Below, one piece after another: positions 11,417 through 27,183 of a DNA stretch of 64,000 nucleotides (the first letter of the stretch is position 1; the number at the start of each line of letters is the position of its first letter). The stretch covers positions 15,314,001 to 15,378,000 of the forward strand of contig OX597830.1 of the NCBI GenBank assembly GCA_951406725.2, given 5' to 3'. The DNA is from Octopus vulgaris. Taxonomy: Eukaryota. A program made the position numbers and the translations under genes. The notes beneath the pieces are model-generated. The model was not told the DNA's origin. It saw nothing but the letters and a program-made list of their open reading frames with translations, and did no database searches.

Positions 11417-11663
11417 CTGTTTTCTCTTTTATTTGTTTTAATCATTTGACTGCGGCCATGCTGGGGCACCGTATTTAGTCGAGCAAATCAACCCCAGGAC
11501 TTGTTCTTTGTAAGCCCAGTACTTATTCTATCGGTCTCTTTTGCCGAACCGCTAAGTTACGGGGACGTAAGCACACCAGCATCGGTTGTCAAGCGATGTT
11601 GGAGGACAAACACAGACACACAAACACAGACACAAACACACACACACACACATACACACACAC

Positions 11664-11723
<60 letters not shown>

Positions 11724-11870
11724 GACGGGCTTCTTTCTGTTTCCGTCAACAAAATCCACTCACAAGGTTTTGGTCGGCCCGAGTAGAAGACACTTCCCCA
11801 AGGTGCCACGCAGTGGGACTGAACCCGGAACCATGTGGTTCGTAAGCAAGCTACTTACCACACAGCCACT

Positions 11871-11873
<3 letters not shown>
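11417..11873 (-). mobile_element. SINE family A, full length
   Basis: Head aggagtggctgtgtggtaagtagcttgc..gggttcagtcccac, CA/TA spacer, tail gcagtcaaatgat. Confidence 0.9.
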
Positions 11874-11909
<36 letters not shown>

Positions 11910-12034
11910 GTATGTATGTATGTATGTATGCATGTATGTATGTATGTATGTATGTATGTATGTATGTATGTATGTATGTATGTATGTATGTATACACACA
12001 TACATATTATATACATATGTATATAATATATTTA

Positions 12035-12168
12035 TTATTCTTAAAGAAGAATATTATTGATAGTGACTTTAAGCTTCGGCCAGCTAAGCTATCGTCTGGC
12101 AGTCCGACGGTAACTTAGCTGGCCGAGACTTCGAAGTCCCTGTCAATAATATTCTTGTTTAAGAGTAA
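12035..12168. other. ~62-bp imperfect hairpin with 9-nt loop
   Basis: Paired by eye: ..ggccagctaagctatcgtc [tggcagtcc] gacggtaacttagctggcc.. extending to ttattcttaaa/tttaagagtaa. Confidence 0.85.
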
Positions 12169-12216
12169 AAAGTTTGTTCTCGACAAAATTTCAGAACAAC
12201 CCGTCAGATTAATGTA

Positions 12217-12262
<46 letters not shown>

Positions 12263-12279
12263 ATGTATATATATATATA

Positions 12280-13400
<1,121 letters not shown>

Positions 13401-14200
13401 GAGTGTGTGTGTGGTTGATACTGTTAATATTTTTTTCAGTATATTGTAACTGAAAGTAAAAAAAAAAGAAAATCCCAGGTTATTAAATAAATGTTAAAGC
13501 CTACAGGTGTACGTTTTGCGACCTGCACCAAAGTAATTCCAACATATCCATGACAACCAAGTAAAAACATATCCACTGCGCTCATCTAAGGAGATCAATG
13601 GCTATTTTCTTCATAAACCTAATCCGATCTTGAAGTAAAGAAACAGAGCAAATTTTAGAATATGTGGACTCTTCCAACCATCAACGTTGTCTCTCTCTAA
13701 CTCATTTCTTATTCGGCTCAAACCTACATTTCTCAGTAAGATATATTAAGAAACTGGCGCCTGATTACAAAATATTTCACACTGAAGTTTCTGCCAACAT
13801 GCTTGACTAACCATGCAGCTATAAAGGTGAGTAAGCAGTAGTCATATCCGAAACATGACTAACCTTAACGATTGTAGGTGGAGAGAAGTGAACATTAGCC
13901 TCACCCTTCTGCTCGCTGCATGATCGGTGATGCAAGTAAGGGAAGTTACTCACTTTTAATTATGGTCTACTTCTTACTTCAACAATAAAGTTACCCGTTC
14001 GCCATTATCCTAGATTTTCCCAGCCATTTAACATAACCAGCAAGCAATTTAGAACCTTATGTATGTAAACATGAGAGATCACTTCGGAATAAATATCAAA
14101 TCGCATTAACAAACCAGCAAAATTACTTATAATCCGATGTTCCCCCCAGACACCGCTTTGCGGGGTTGCGGTCGGTTATATCGAGTTCAATACTTGATTT

Positions 14201-14611
14201 GGATCTTTTCGGTTTCACCGGCAGTTTTTTTCTAGCGGTGTCATATGAAATTGTCACCCATAATTATGACCCTAGTATCGATATATTGCATTTCAATCTA
14301 TTTTAGGGTTAGGGGTGGGGGGAGGATATATTTATTTCTTCACAAATGTAAATAAACCCAATCTATTTCTTAAACGAGGGACATATTCATACGGCACAGA
14401 ATGTTTTTTACCTCAATAGACGTCAGTGATTGGTTGAAATTGCAGAAATTGAGGAAAAAAACAACAAATATCTTACAAACTATAGAATTTTCTCAAGAAA
14501 GCCAAGAGAAAAAGATGTTTTATAAACGCATCCTACCAGTATACGAAGTTTAAAAGTGTTTAGTTACGTGGAAATTATTAAAACAAACTGCCGTTCAAAC
14601 CGAAAAGATCC
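14201..14611. mobile_element. Merlin-like MITE, copy 2
   Basis: Same TIRs; flanks cttgattt/ctcgattt (7/8 TSD). Confidence 0.85.
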
Positions 14612-14973
14612 CTCGATTTTGTATGCATTTTATCGATCTTCATTCATTGAACGGTTAAGTCGATCAGTTGTGTTACGGCTTTTCGAGGCGTTGTATCTCC
14701 GTTAGTGAGGTTAATTTACACTAATTTACATATATGCAGACAGGTATGTATAAATATATGTGTGTATGTATGTATGTATGTATGTATGTATGTATATGTA
14801 TGTTTGTATGTGTGCGCGTGCATGTATATGTATATGAATATAAGTATGTATGCATATGTAGAGAGAGAGAGAGAGAGAGAAAGGTTGAGAGGGCATATAT
14901 ATTGATATACATCTATATATACGTGCATTCTTACACACACATATATGTATGTATGTAAACTAGCTATATATAT

Positions 14974-15350
14974 GTGGCTGTGTGGTAAGTAGTTTGCTTA
15001 CGAACCACTTGGTTCCGGGTTCAGTCCCACTGCGTGGCACCTTGGGCAAGTGTCTTCTTCTATAGCCTCGGGTCGACCAAAGCCTTTGGTAGACGGAAAC
15101 TGAAAGAAGCCCGTCGTATATATATATATGTATGTGTGTGTGTATAAGTTTGTGTGTCTGTGTTTGTCCCCCACCCAACATCGCTTGACAACCGATGCTA
15201 GTGTGTTTACGTCTCTGTAACTTAGCGGTTCGGCAAATGAGACCGATAGAATAAGTACTAGGCTTACAAAGAATGTTTTAGGGTCGATTTGCTCGACTGA
15301 AGGCTGTGCTCCAGCATGGCTACAGTCATGAAACAAGTAAAAGAGTAAAG
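14974..15350 (+). mobile_element. SINE family A (duplicate at 23517-23906)
   Basis: Family match. Confidence 0.9.
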
Positions 15351-15414
<64 letters not shown>

Positions 15415-15715
15415 CATATATATACATATACTATCTACATATGTGTGTGTGTATGTATGTATGCATCTCCGACGGGCATCATGTTTATGTGTAGTATTTT
15501 AAATCTCTTGCTTTCGAGAGCCCAAAAAAGAAATGGAAGGAAAAATTGCCTTCAACTCAGAGAATAAGACGAGCAATAAATGATATCCTGAAATTTCAGC
15601 TGGTAACCTGAAAACTGATCCTGACTGTAACAATTACAAGCGCAAGGGGACGGTTGACTTTTTTTTACTCTGATAGGCAATAATTATTCCTCTTCACCCT
15701 CTTCTTCTTTCTCTT

Positions 15716-15760
<45 letters not shown>

Positions 15761-16702
15761 TTCTCTCCTTCTCGCTCAGCCTTGTATTATATGACTTGTG
15801 TCTCAGCTTGAGCAATGGACTATTGTCATTGCTGTCTTTATAATACCCAGATAAGTATAGCTTTTAACCATATGTCTGTCTAGACGGAACACTCCTCTGA
15901 AAAGCTGGGGAGAAATACTGGTTTGAACAGCGCCATAAGAGCAACGTATCTTGCTAAGATATCTTTTACTTCTACTACGCAACCTTGAGTGTACACATGA
16001 TAAATGCAGATGGTGTGTATATATATATATATATATGTGTGTGTGTATGTGTGTGTATATGTGTGTACACGATGATGTATGGTGTTTCCCAATTAGTGTG
16101 ACTGTAGTAATTAAGTCTGCTGTTAGAATACTGGAGAATATACGATATTAGGAAAATAAATAATTGAGGAATGACTTCCCGTTGGCAAACATTTTAAAGG
16201 CATTTCAAAGGGTTTATTCATTTTAAAAGACAAGATTATTTACTAAGAAGAAAAAAAGAGAAAGAAAGAAAGAAAAGAAAAAGAAAGAAATCAAGAGGAA
16301 GAAGAGAGAAAGAAAGAAAGAAGGAAACAGTGATGACAGACGCATGTGATTCCATTTGGAATAATGTTGACTCCGTTCAGTTGGAATAAGCTTGCTAAAA
16401 GGTTTCAATTTAACTCGGATGGACATGTCTAAACAAATGAAACCATATTAAAATTGAGAGGCCGGAGGTTGGAAAGTTTGTTTTTAATAAACATTCGTAC
16501 ACTTTAGAAGTTAAGAGGAAACTCAATAATTTAACTCTCTTTAAATATTTTCTTTCCACAATTTTGTACTTCCAAGGTTTTAAGTTAAGTGTCATGCAAC
16601 GTTGGTTTCTTCCGTACGTACGTACGTACGTACTGCATGTTATTATCAAAGTTGCTAAATAAACCACCATAGGTAAACTTATATATATGTTTTCTTCTTT
16701 TA

Positions 16703-16934
16703 AGGCGGCGAGCTGGCAGAAACGTTAGCACGCCGGACAAAATGCGTAGCCGTATTTCGTCTGCCGTTACGTTCTGAGTTCAAATTCCGCCGAGGTCGAC
16801 TTTGCCTTTCATCCTTTCGGGGTCGATAAATTAAGTACCATTTACGCACTGAGGGTCGATATAATCGACTTAATCCATTTGTCTGTCCTTGATTGTCACC
16901 TCTATGTTTAGCCCCTTGTGGGCAATAAAGAAAT
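16703..16934 (+). mobile_element. SINE family B, full length (duplicate at 25288-25519)
   Basis: aggcggcgagctggcagaaacgttagc..gactttgcctttcatcctttcggggtcgataaa..aataaagaaat. Confidence 0.9.
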
Positions 16935-17287
16935 TTTTTTCTTCTTCTTTAAGCTGTTCTGAGCTTAAATTGCGCAAAAGCTATAATGGAATATATATTT
17001 TGTTACGCATGAGTTCGATTCGCAGAGCGGGCGATGCGTTGTATTCTCGATTAAAAAACTTTATTTGACTATATTTTAGTCCTCTCGGTTAAAACTAAGT
17101 ACCAGCAACAGCTGGAGTTTAACCCGGCGGCGGCTGACCTCCCGTTCGGAGACGGTATCAGTTTTGTACTCACTGTCGCTTAAACGTTATAGAAACCAGA
17201 ATAAGTTTCGGTTTAATTGGCCCAAAAACGAGATAAACTTTAGTTGAAAATAAATAATTTTGACGAGATTTATATGTAATAAGTTTC

Positions 17288-17423
17288 CAACCACATGGTA
17301 TCGGGTTCAGTCCCACTGCGTGGCACCTTGGGGAAGTGTCTTCTACTATAGCCTCGGGCCGACCAAAGCCTTGTGAGTGGATTTGGTAGAAGGAAACTGA
17401 AAGAAACCCGTCGCATATATGTG

Positions 17424-17500
<77 letters not shown>

Positions 17501-17578
17501 TTATGTGTCTGTGTTTGTTCCCCACCAACATCGCTTGACAACCGATGCTGGTGTGTTTACATCCCCGTAACTTAGCGG
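17288..17578 (+). mobile_element. SINE family A, partial (duplicate at 25872-26178)
   Basis: Family match. Confidence 0.85.
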
Positions 17579-17971
17579 GCACTCTAATATTTACGTTAGT
17601 AAGAAAGTTCGCTCGGCAACCAAAGTTCTGGGTTCGGTCACACAGCTGGACGTTATGTACTAGTGCCTTTTCCCATAAATTTGAGTTGACCGAATTCTTA
17701 TGAAAGACATTGGCTAGGAGGAAACAGGATGGCAGCCCGTCGGACGGGGTTGCACCACTAATTCAAAAGCCCAGTTTTTATCATATGCTGTGTCACGCTG
17801 ATTCTGACTGAGGACTACGTTAAGGATACTCGGGTCTGTGGTATACTCAGCTACTTACAAGTTAATAAAATGAACAGAGCATTCGTTACTCGAACAATTA
17901 AAAATAGACTTATTTTACTCGTTATGCGTGTGTATGTACACGCGCGTGCACATACATACATACATAAATAC

Positions 17972-18002
<31 letters not shown>

Positions 18003-18016
18003 CATACATACATACA

Positions 18017-18048
<32 letters not shown>

Positions 18049-18224
18049 GTGAGAATTTACAAAAAAAAAAAAACAAAAGACGAAGACGGGTGTGTAAACA
18101 ACAAAGAGATGTATTAATTTAACGCTCGGGAAGTGAGAAAGTCTTTTACGTTTCGAGCCTACGCTCTTCGACAGGAAGGAACACAAAAATAAACAGGGAA
18201 ACAAAATAGAAAAGGTTCAGTGGC
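18049..18224 (-). mobile_element. HHR-bearing mini-element P1 (duplicate at 26663-26840)
   Basis: CTGTCGA a gagc gtag gctc GAAA cgta aaag; lies between (CATA)n and (TA)n. Confidence 0.8.
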
Positions 18225-18519
18225 TATATATATATATTGTATCTGAAGGGTTCCAACTTCCAGTATTACTCCGAGTATTACTGTGCTTGGTTTTTCTTCT
18301 AACTTACATTGCATATTTTTAAAAATATTCAGAGAGTGAATAAAAAAGAAGCAGTGTTAGTTTATCGACGGATGATTGGGAACATGCGAACGACCAACTC
18401 GGAGCATTGGCAATTGGTGCCTTTCAGTTATAATGTATTAAAGAATACTCTACATTTGCATTGAGTCCTGTGGCTTATCACATCTGGTGAATCAACAGAA
18501 ATTTATATATATACATTTG

Positions 18520-18567
<48 letters not shown>

Positions 18568-19356
18568 CATACATGTATACATACAAGTGTACGCATCTAT
18601 TTATCTAGAACCTCTCTCGCTTTCTGAATGTATATATATGCAAGGTAATGCACATATATAGATGTATATGTGTGTGTATGCGTGTACATATGTATGGGTC
18701 TGTAGATATATATATATATTGTATGTTGTTCCATAATTGTATATGTATATGGGCATGTGATTCATGGACCTGTGTTCCCTGCAAGCATGAGCACGTGTGA
18801 GTGCTAATGTGTATGTGTACGTGTGTGTGTGTGTGTGTGTATATTTGTATGCGGGCGCGTGTATGCTTGTGTGCGTGTATATGTGTGTGCGTGTGTGTGT
18901 GTGTGTGTGTGTATGACAATTGGACAGAATTTTAAAACAAAGGATTAAAAACTGCACAGAAATCTCTAAGTAAGACTTGACAGTGGTTTCGACATGACAC
19001 AGGAAATGCTTACTCGACAGCAGTGGACATATACCAGAAAAAAACCTAATTCTGCATAAGAATTAGTCTTTTTTTATCCAGTTTGCAAGTTAATACTTTT
19101 ATAAGTAAATATCTACGCAAGCGAAGGTCGTAAGCAAAGTAAAGCTACAGACGTATGTTTACTAATGCCTCTGAATAGTCAACTTGGACATTGTAATCAC
19201 ACATAGAGACACTATAAATGCGTGTATCACGACAGTGTCTTGAGGACTTTTAGCTTAGTGTCCGCCAAATAAAAATAAAAAAATCATACACGAACATACA
19301 ACATACTGGCATACAACTATCTGCGTTTGTATGTATGCATGTGTGTATATGTGTGC

Positions 19357-19396
<40 letters not shown>

Positions 19397-19420
19397 GTAT
19401 ATACGCACATATATATATAC

Positions 19421-19504
<84 letters not shown>

Positions 19505-19571
19505 ACATATATATATTCAATACATGCATACACATACACACATGTATATATGTGTGAGTGTGTGTGCATAA

Positions 19572-19616
<45 letters not shown>

Positions 19617-19719
19617 TATTTTATACATGCATATACATTCATACACACACGTGTATATATATATATATATATATATACATATATATATTCAATACATGCA
19701 TATACATTCATACACACAC

Positions 19720-19758
<39 letters not shown>

Positions 19759-19981
19759 TATATTCAATACATGCATATACATACACGTACACACATGTAT
19801 ATATGTATTTGTATACGTGTGAGTGTGTGTACATAAGTATATATATATACATATATATCTTATACATGCATATACATTCATACACACACGCATGTATGTA
19901 TATATATATATATATATATATAAATATATATACCTACATTACAACACATGCATATGTGTGTATAAGTATTTATATAATGTC

Positions 19982-20012
<31 letters not shown>

Positions 20013-20924
20013 TAAGAAAGAGTGTGTGTGTGTGTGTGTGTCCGTGAAGGAGTATAGTCATCTATATATGCATGGGTTTGCGTCTTGTGATGCCATTATT
20101 TTTATGTAGAATCTAAATAGATCCGCTATGCATCATGTGACTTTGGAAATTTCAGCGGCAGTAGTTGTGATCCAAGATAAACTGAAATCTAATGAAGAAT
20201 ACGTAATCCCTTTCTCATGGCAACGCTTCCATGCCAAGTGACAATCATTATATTGCCATTAAACATCTCAACATGGGGAATGTTATACTGCGTTTCATCA
20301 CTAAAATATTTAACGTGTAGAAACATATTTCAACCCCACAGATACAGTTGCAGCCCCGCTGATGGGGGAATGCATTATAACATTCACCAATTCAGCTTTC
20401 TAATAGGGGCCACGGTTAAAGAATCTCATTTCGCATTTACGTGTTTTCGGTTTTAATACTACTGCGCCCAGGGTCAACCAAAGCGTCGTGATTTAAAATT
20501 TAGGTGGGCTTAAATTGTGGAAAGACTGTTCGTGTTTCTTGGGTGATAATGTGTTATGACATTGAAAACCCTTCCTGACCCTTTCGATGCCTTTAAGGAA
20601 ATCCATTTTGGTGCAAGCGTCGGGTGCAAACTTCTTCACCAATCTCGAAAGTCCTAGATAAGATTATGGGCGTCACCTTTCCTCCTCTGACTAAGACATA
20701 ATATTTTCTTTAAGCTCTTGTTCTATACACTCTGTCTGACTCATTTCTTAAAACCCTTGTCCTGTACACCCTCACACGTCTTCATATATCATGGTTTTGT
20801 CTTAGTTTTCTACGATAATGTGGTACAAATGTGTAACAACATGGTTATCAAAATATTTTACTTCAAAATATTTAATTATTAACTTAAATGGATCCATGTG
20901 TGTCTATGTATGTATGTATGTAAA

Positions 20925-21131
20925 GTTAATCCAAACAAGAAAGCACAAAAAAAACACAACAAAGCGAGGACGTGGAACAAATATAGTATTATTGGACGCT
21001 CAGGAAAGAAGGAAAGTAGGAGGGTTTAACGTTTCGAGCGGAGCTCTTCGTCGGAAACATAGGAGAAGGAAAGATCCAGAGAAGGGAAGACAGAGAAAAA
21101 AAAATCGCCAACGGTACACACGAGGTCACAT
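20925..21131 (-). mobile_element. HHR-bearing mini-element family P2 (duplicate at 29563-29769)
   Basis: gttt CCGACGA a gagc tcc gctc GAAA cgtt aaac (21024-21058); inside (TATG)n. Confidence 0.8.
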
Positions 21132-21442
21132 ATGTATGTATGTATATAGGTTTGTATGTATGTATTATATAGGTATGTATGTATATAAGTATGTATGTAT
21201 GTATGTATGTATGTATGTATGTATGTATGTATGTAGGTAGGTAGGTAGGTATGCATGCATGTATGTATGTATGTATGTTTATATGTATGTATGTATATAG
21301 GTGTGTATGTATGTATGTATGTAGGTAGGTAGGTAGGTAGGTAGGTAAAGTATGCATGTATGTATATATGTTTAAATGTATGTATGTATCTGCGTGTGTG
21401 CGTGCGCGCGCGTGTGTTTGTGTGTGTGCGTGTGTGTTTGTG

Positions 21443-21484
<42 letters not shown>

Positions 21485-21971
21485 CTTTTTCTCTTTTTAA
21501 TGCTAGAGTAAATTTTGACCGGCTACCTACTTGGAGCAACCGTCATCCTTTAAATCTTAATAAGATCTTGCAGATATTTTAAGTCCCGGATGTCGAGATC
21601 ATTTGTAGCGTATGAATTAAGGATTTGCGTTTCTCTCTCGCAATATCTCAAATTCAGCTATACTTTGCTCCAGACGGGTTGGTATATATCTTGTTGCTCC
21701 AATAATAATAAGTATGAAACTGAGAGTATATCTTGGGTTATGTATGTATGTATGTATGTATGTATGTATGTATGTATGTATGTATGTATGTATGTATGGC
21801 CGCGACTTGTATGCGGGTAATGATTTGGTAATAGGTACGATCTTTCGCTAATTGTTTTACGAGTATATATAGTTGCGAACAGATGTAAGTAACTTCTCTG
21901 CCCTCCCATTTATGGCCCAGCGGCAAAACAAAAAATTTTCAAATACCCGCCTATCCGCAAGTAATAATCCA

Positions 21972-22534
21972 TTGGGTTGTCCGGAAAGTTCGTGCCGATT
22001 TTTAAAGGAAAGAAAAAGGTTAATAAATACTGCCATTACATTTTTAATCAACCAAATATGAACCATTTTGTTGCACAATGCGTCTCCATCTTTCCTTTAA
22101 CTTGAAAATGCCCCCTTCCCAGAATTGAGGTGGTTTCATGGCAGAGAATTCATCAAGGTATCTTTTTACATCATCCAAGGAATTGATGTTTTTACCATTA
22201 AAACTATTCTGCAGAATAAGTGAAAATCTGAAGGAGCAATATCTGGTGAATATGGAGGGTGGGGTAACACATCCCAGCCGAGCTGCTGCAATTTTTATCT
22301 GGTTCCCAAAGCATCAAGTGCCGAAAAGGAACTTTTTTATCCTCCATTTTGAAGGGTTACAGAATTAACACAGGTTATAAGAACATAAACCTTCTTCCAT
22401 GAAAAGATAGCTTAAACTGTGCTCTAAATGGAGGTGTAATCAAATCCTATTTTATGGACTCAACCATGTTCTAAAATAAGCCGAAATATAAGCTACTATA
22501 AATCGGCACCTAATGAACTTTCCGGACAACCCAA
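21972..22534 (-). mobile_element. mariner internal-deletion derivative (duplicate at 30636-31192)
   Basis: TIR ttgggttgtccggaaagttcgtgccgattt; encodes the remnant GWDVLPHPPYSPDIAPSDFHLF..LKERWRRIVQQNG. Confidence 0.92.
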
Positions 22535-23161
22535 TAATTTATGCTCAGTTCTAAATCACTTCCAATGCGTTGTTATCTCTAATATAATGCTATATCCGCT
22601 TTTTCTACATAAACCTACCCTGCAATAGAATATATGTTACATAAGGCTTTGTGAATATTATTATTCACTCTACACCAATTCATTCCACAATTCTTAATCT
22701 TGGGAATTATGCCAATGCTAGTTTGTAATATTTTTTAATAAAAAATAAAGATAAGAAATAACATTGGATGTTACTGCAACACAGAAAATAAACGTAATTT
22801 TCCAAGGAGTTTGTTGGAGGAATCGATAAAAATATAAAATGAGTCAATTCAACGAAGAGTTTCACTGAAAAAATAAACAGTGTCATCACTATAACCTAAA
22901 TTTGGTATTTTAATGATACCATTGCCTGGTAGATGTCACTTTTCACTTTACGCAAAACCCTTACTCTCTTTTACACTTTTACTTGTTTCAGTCAGTTGAC
23001 TACGGCCATGCTGGAGCACCGTCTTTAGTCGAGTAAATCGACCCCAGGATTTATTCTTTGTAAGCCTAGTACTTATTCTATCGGTGTCTTTTTGCCGAAC
23101 CGCTAAGTTACAGGGACGTAAACACACCAGCATCGGTTGTCAAGCGATATTGGGGGACAAA

Positions 23162-23261
23162 NNNNNNNNNNNNNNNNNNNNNNNNNNNNNNNNNNNNNNN
23201 NNNNNNNNNNNNNNNNNNNNNNNNNNNNNNNNNNNNNNNNNNNNNNNNNNNNNNNNNNNNN
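23162..23261. other. assembly gap (100 N)
   Basis: N run. Confidence 1.
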
Positions 23262-26007
23262 ATTTACATATATGCAGACAGGTATGTATAAATATATGTG
23301 TGTATGTATGTATGTATGTATGCATGTATGTATGTATATGTGTATGTTTGTATGTGTGCGCGTGCATGTATATGTATATGAATATAAGTATGCATGCATA
23401 TGTAGAGAGAGAGAGAGAGAGAAAGGTTGAGAGGGCATATATATTGATATACATCTATATATACGTGCATTCTTACACACACATATATGTATGTATGTAA
23501 ACTAGCTATATATATGTGGCTGTGTGGTAAGTAGTTTGCTTACGAACCACTTGGTTCCGGGTTCAGTCCCACTGCGTGGCACCTTGGGCAAGTGTCTTCT
23601 TCTATAGCCTCGGGTCGACCAAAGCCTTTGGTAGACGGAAACTGAAAGAAGCCCGTCGTATATATATGTATATATATATGTATGTGTGTGTGTATAAGTT
23701 TGTGTGTCTGTGTTTGTCCCCCACCCAACATCGCTTGACAACCGATGCTATTATGTTTACGTCTCTGTAACTTAGCGGTTCGGCAAAAGAGCCCGATAGA
23801 ATAAGTACTAGGCTTACAAAGAATGTTTTAGGGTCGATTTGCTCGACTGAAGGCTATGCTCCAGCATGGCTACAGTCAAATGACTGAAACAAGTAAAAGA
23901 GTAAAGATTATATATATATATATATATATATATATAGGTCCCGGGTTGAGTCGGGGTTAACCATAGTAAATATACTCAATATATATGTATACATACATAT
24001 ATACTATCTACATATGTGTGTGTGTGTATGTATGTATGTATGTATGTATGTATGTATGTATGCATCTCCGACGGGCATCATGTTTATGTGTAGTATTTTT
24101 AATCTCTTGCTTTCGAGAGCCCAAAAAAAGAAATGGAAGGAAAAATTGCCTTCAACTCAGAGAATAAGACGAGCAATAAATGATATCCTGAAATTTCAGC
24201 TGGTAACCTGAAAACTGATCCTGACTGTAACAATTACAAGCGCAAGGGGACGGTTGACTTTTTTTACTCTGATAGGCAATAATTATTCCTCTTCACCCTC
24301 TTCTTCTTTCTCTTTCACTTCTCTCTCTCTCTCTCTCTCTCTCTCCCTCTTTCTTTCTCTCTTTCTCTCCTTCTCGCTCAGCCTTGTATTATATGACTTG
24401 TGTCTCAGCTTGAGCAATGGACTATTGTCATTGCTGTCTTTATAATACCCAGATAAGTATAGCTTTTAACCATATGTCTGTCTAGACGGAACACTCCTCT
24501 GAAAAGCTGGGGAGAAATACTGGTTTGAACAGCGCCATAAGAGCAACGTATCTTGCTAAGATATCTTTTACTTCTACTACACAGCCTTGAGTGTACACAT
24601 GATAAATGCAGATGGTGTGTGTATATATATGTGTGTGTGTGTGTGTACACGATGATGTATGGTGTTTCCCAATTAGTGTGACTGTAGTAATTAAGTCTGC
24701 TGTTAGAATACTGGAGAATATACGATATTAGGAAAATAAATAATTGAGGAATGACTTCCCGTTGGCAAACATTTTAAAGGCATTTCAAAGGGTTTATTCA
24801 TTTTAAAAGACAAGATTATTTACTAAGAAGAAAAAAAGAGAAAGAAAGAACGAAACAGAAAAAGAAAGAAAGAAAGAGGAAGAAGAAAGAGAGAAAGAAA
24901 GAAGGAAACAGTGATGACAGACGCATGTGATTCCATTTGGAATAATGTTGACTCCGTTCAGTTGGAATAAGCTTGCTAAAAGGTTTCAATTTAACTCGGA
25001 TGGACATGTCTAAACAAATGAAACCATATTAAAATTGAGAGGCCGGAGGTTGGAAAGTTTGTTTTTAATAAACATTCGTACACTTTAGAAGTTAAGAGGA
25101 AACTCAATAATTTAACTCTCTTTAAATATTTTCTTTCCACAATTTTGTACTTCCAAGGTTTTAAGTTAAGTGTCATGCAACGTTGGTTTCTTCCGTACGT
25201 ACGTACGTACGTACGTACTGCATGTTATTATCAAAGTTGCTAAATAAACCACCATAGGTAAACTTATATATATGTTTTCTTCTTTTAAGGCGGCGAGCTG
25301 GCAGAAACGTTAGCACGCCGGACAAAATGCGTAGCCGTATTTCGTCTGCCGTTACGTTCTGAGTTCAAATTCCGCCGAGGTCGACTTTGCCTTTCATCCT
25401 TTCGGGGTCGATAAATTAAGTACCATTTACGCACTGAGGGTCGATATAATCGACTTAATCCATTTGTCTGTCCTTGATTGTCACCTCTATGTTTAGCCCC
25501 TTGTGGGCAATAAAGAAATTTTTTTCTTCTTCTTTAAGCTGTTCTGAGCTTAAATTGCGCAAAAGCTATAATGGAATATATTTTGTTACGCATGAGTTCG
25601 ATTCGCAGAGCGGGCGATGCGTTGTATTCTCGATTAAAAAACTTTATTTGACTATATTTTAGTCCTCTCGGTTAAAACTAAGTACCAGCAACAGCTGGAG
25701 TTTAACCCGGCGGCGTGCTGACCTCCCGTTCGGAGACGGTATCAGTTTTGTACTCACTGTCGCTTAAACGTTATAGAAACCAGAATAAGTTTCGGTTTAA
25801 TTGGCCCAAAAACGAGATAAACTTTAGTTGAAAATAAATAATTTTGACGAGATTTATATGTAATAAGTTTCCAACCACATGGTATCGGGTTCAGTCCCAC
25901 TGCGTGGCACCTTGGGGAAGTGTCTTCTACTATAGCCTCGGGCCGACCAAAGCCTTGTGAGTGGATTTGGTAGAAGGAAACTGAAAGAAACCCGTCGCAT
26001 ATATATG

Positions 26008-26100
<93 letters not shown>

Positions 26101-26577
26101 TTATGTGTCTGTGTTTGTTCCCCACCAACATCGCTTGACAACCGATGCTGGTGTGTTTACATCCCCGTAACTTAGCGGGCACTCTAATATTTACGTTAGT
26201 AAGAAAGTTCGCTCGGCAACCACAAAGTTCTGGGTTCGGTCCCACAGCTGGACGTTATGTACTAGTGCCTTTTCCCATAAATTTGAGTTGACCGAATTCT
26301 TATGAAAGACATTGGCTAGGAGGAAACAGGATGGCAGCCCGTCGGACGGGGTTGCACCACTAATTCAAAAGCCCAGTTTTTATCATATGCTGTGTCACGC
26401 TGATTCTGACTGAGGACTACGTTAAGGATACTCGGGTCTGTGGTATACTCAGCTACTTACAAGTTAATAAAATGAACAGAGCATTCGTTACTCGAACAAC
26501 TAAAAATAGACTTATTTTACTTGTTATGCGTGTGTATGTACACGCGCGTGCACATACATACATACATACATACATAC

Positions 26578-26608
<31 letters not shown>

Positions 26609-26613
26609 CATAC

Positions 26614-26662
<49 letters not shown>

Positions 26663-27139
26663 GTGAGAATTTACAAAAAAAAAACAAAACAAAAGACGAA
26701 GACGGGTGTGTAAACAACAAACAGATGTATTAATTTAACGCTCGGGAAGTGAGAAAGTCTTTTACGTTTCGTGCCTACGCTCTTCGACAGAAAGGAACAC
26801 AAAAATAAACAGGGAAACAAAATAGAAAAGGTTCAGTGGCTATATATATATATTGTATCTGAAGGGTTCCAACTTCCAGTATTACTCCGAGTATTACTGT
26901 GCTTGGTTTTTCTTCAAACTTTCATTTCATATTTTTAAAAATAAATATTCAGAGAGTGAATAAAAAAGAAGCAGTATCAGTTTACCAGCGGATAATTGGG
27001 AACATGCGAACGACCAACTCGGAGTATTGGCAATTGGTGCCTTTCAGTTATAATGTATTAAAGAATACTCTGCATTTGCATTCAGTCCTGCGGCTTATCA
27101 CATCTGGTGAATCAACAGAAATTTATATATATACATTTG

Positions 27140-27183
<44 letters not shown>

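Larger units (their letters stand above)
14724..23161. repeat. copy 1 of an ~8.5 kb tandem duplication (probable haplotig overlap)
   Basis: Colinear and near-identical to 23262-31819; ends exactly at the N gap. Confidence 0.95.
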
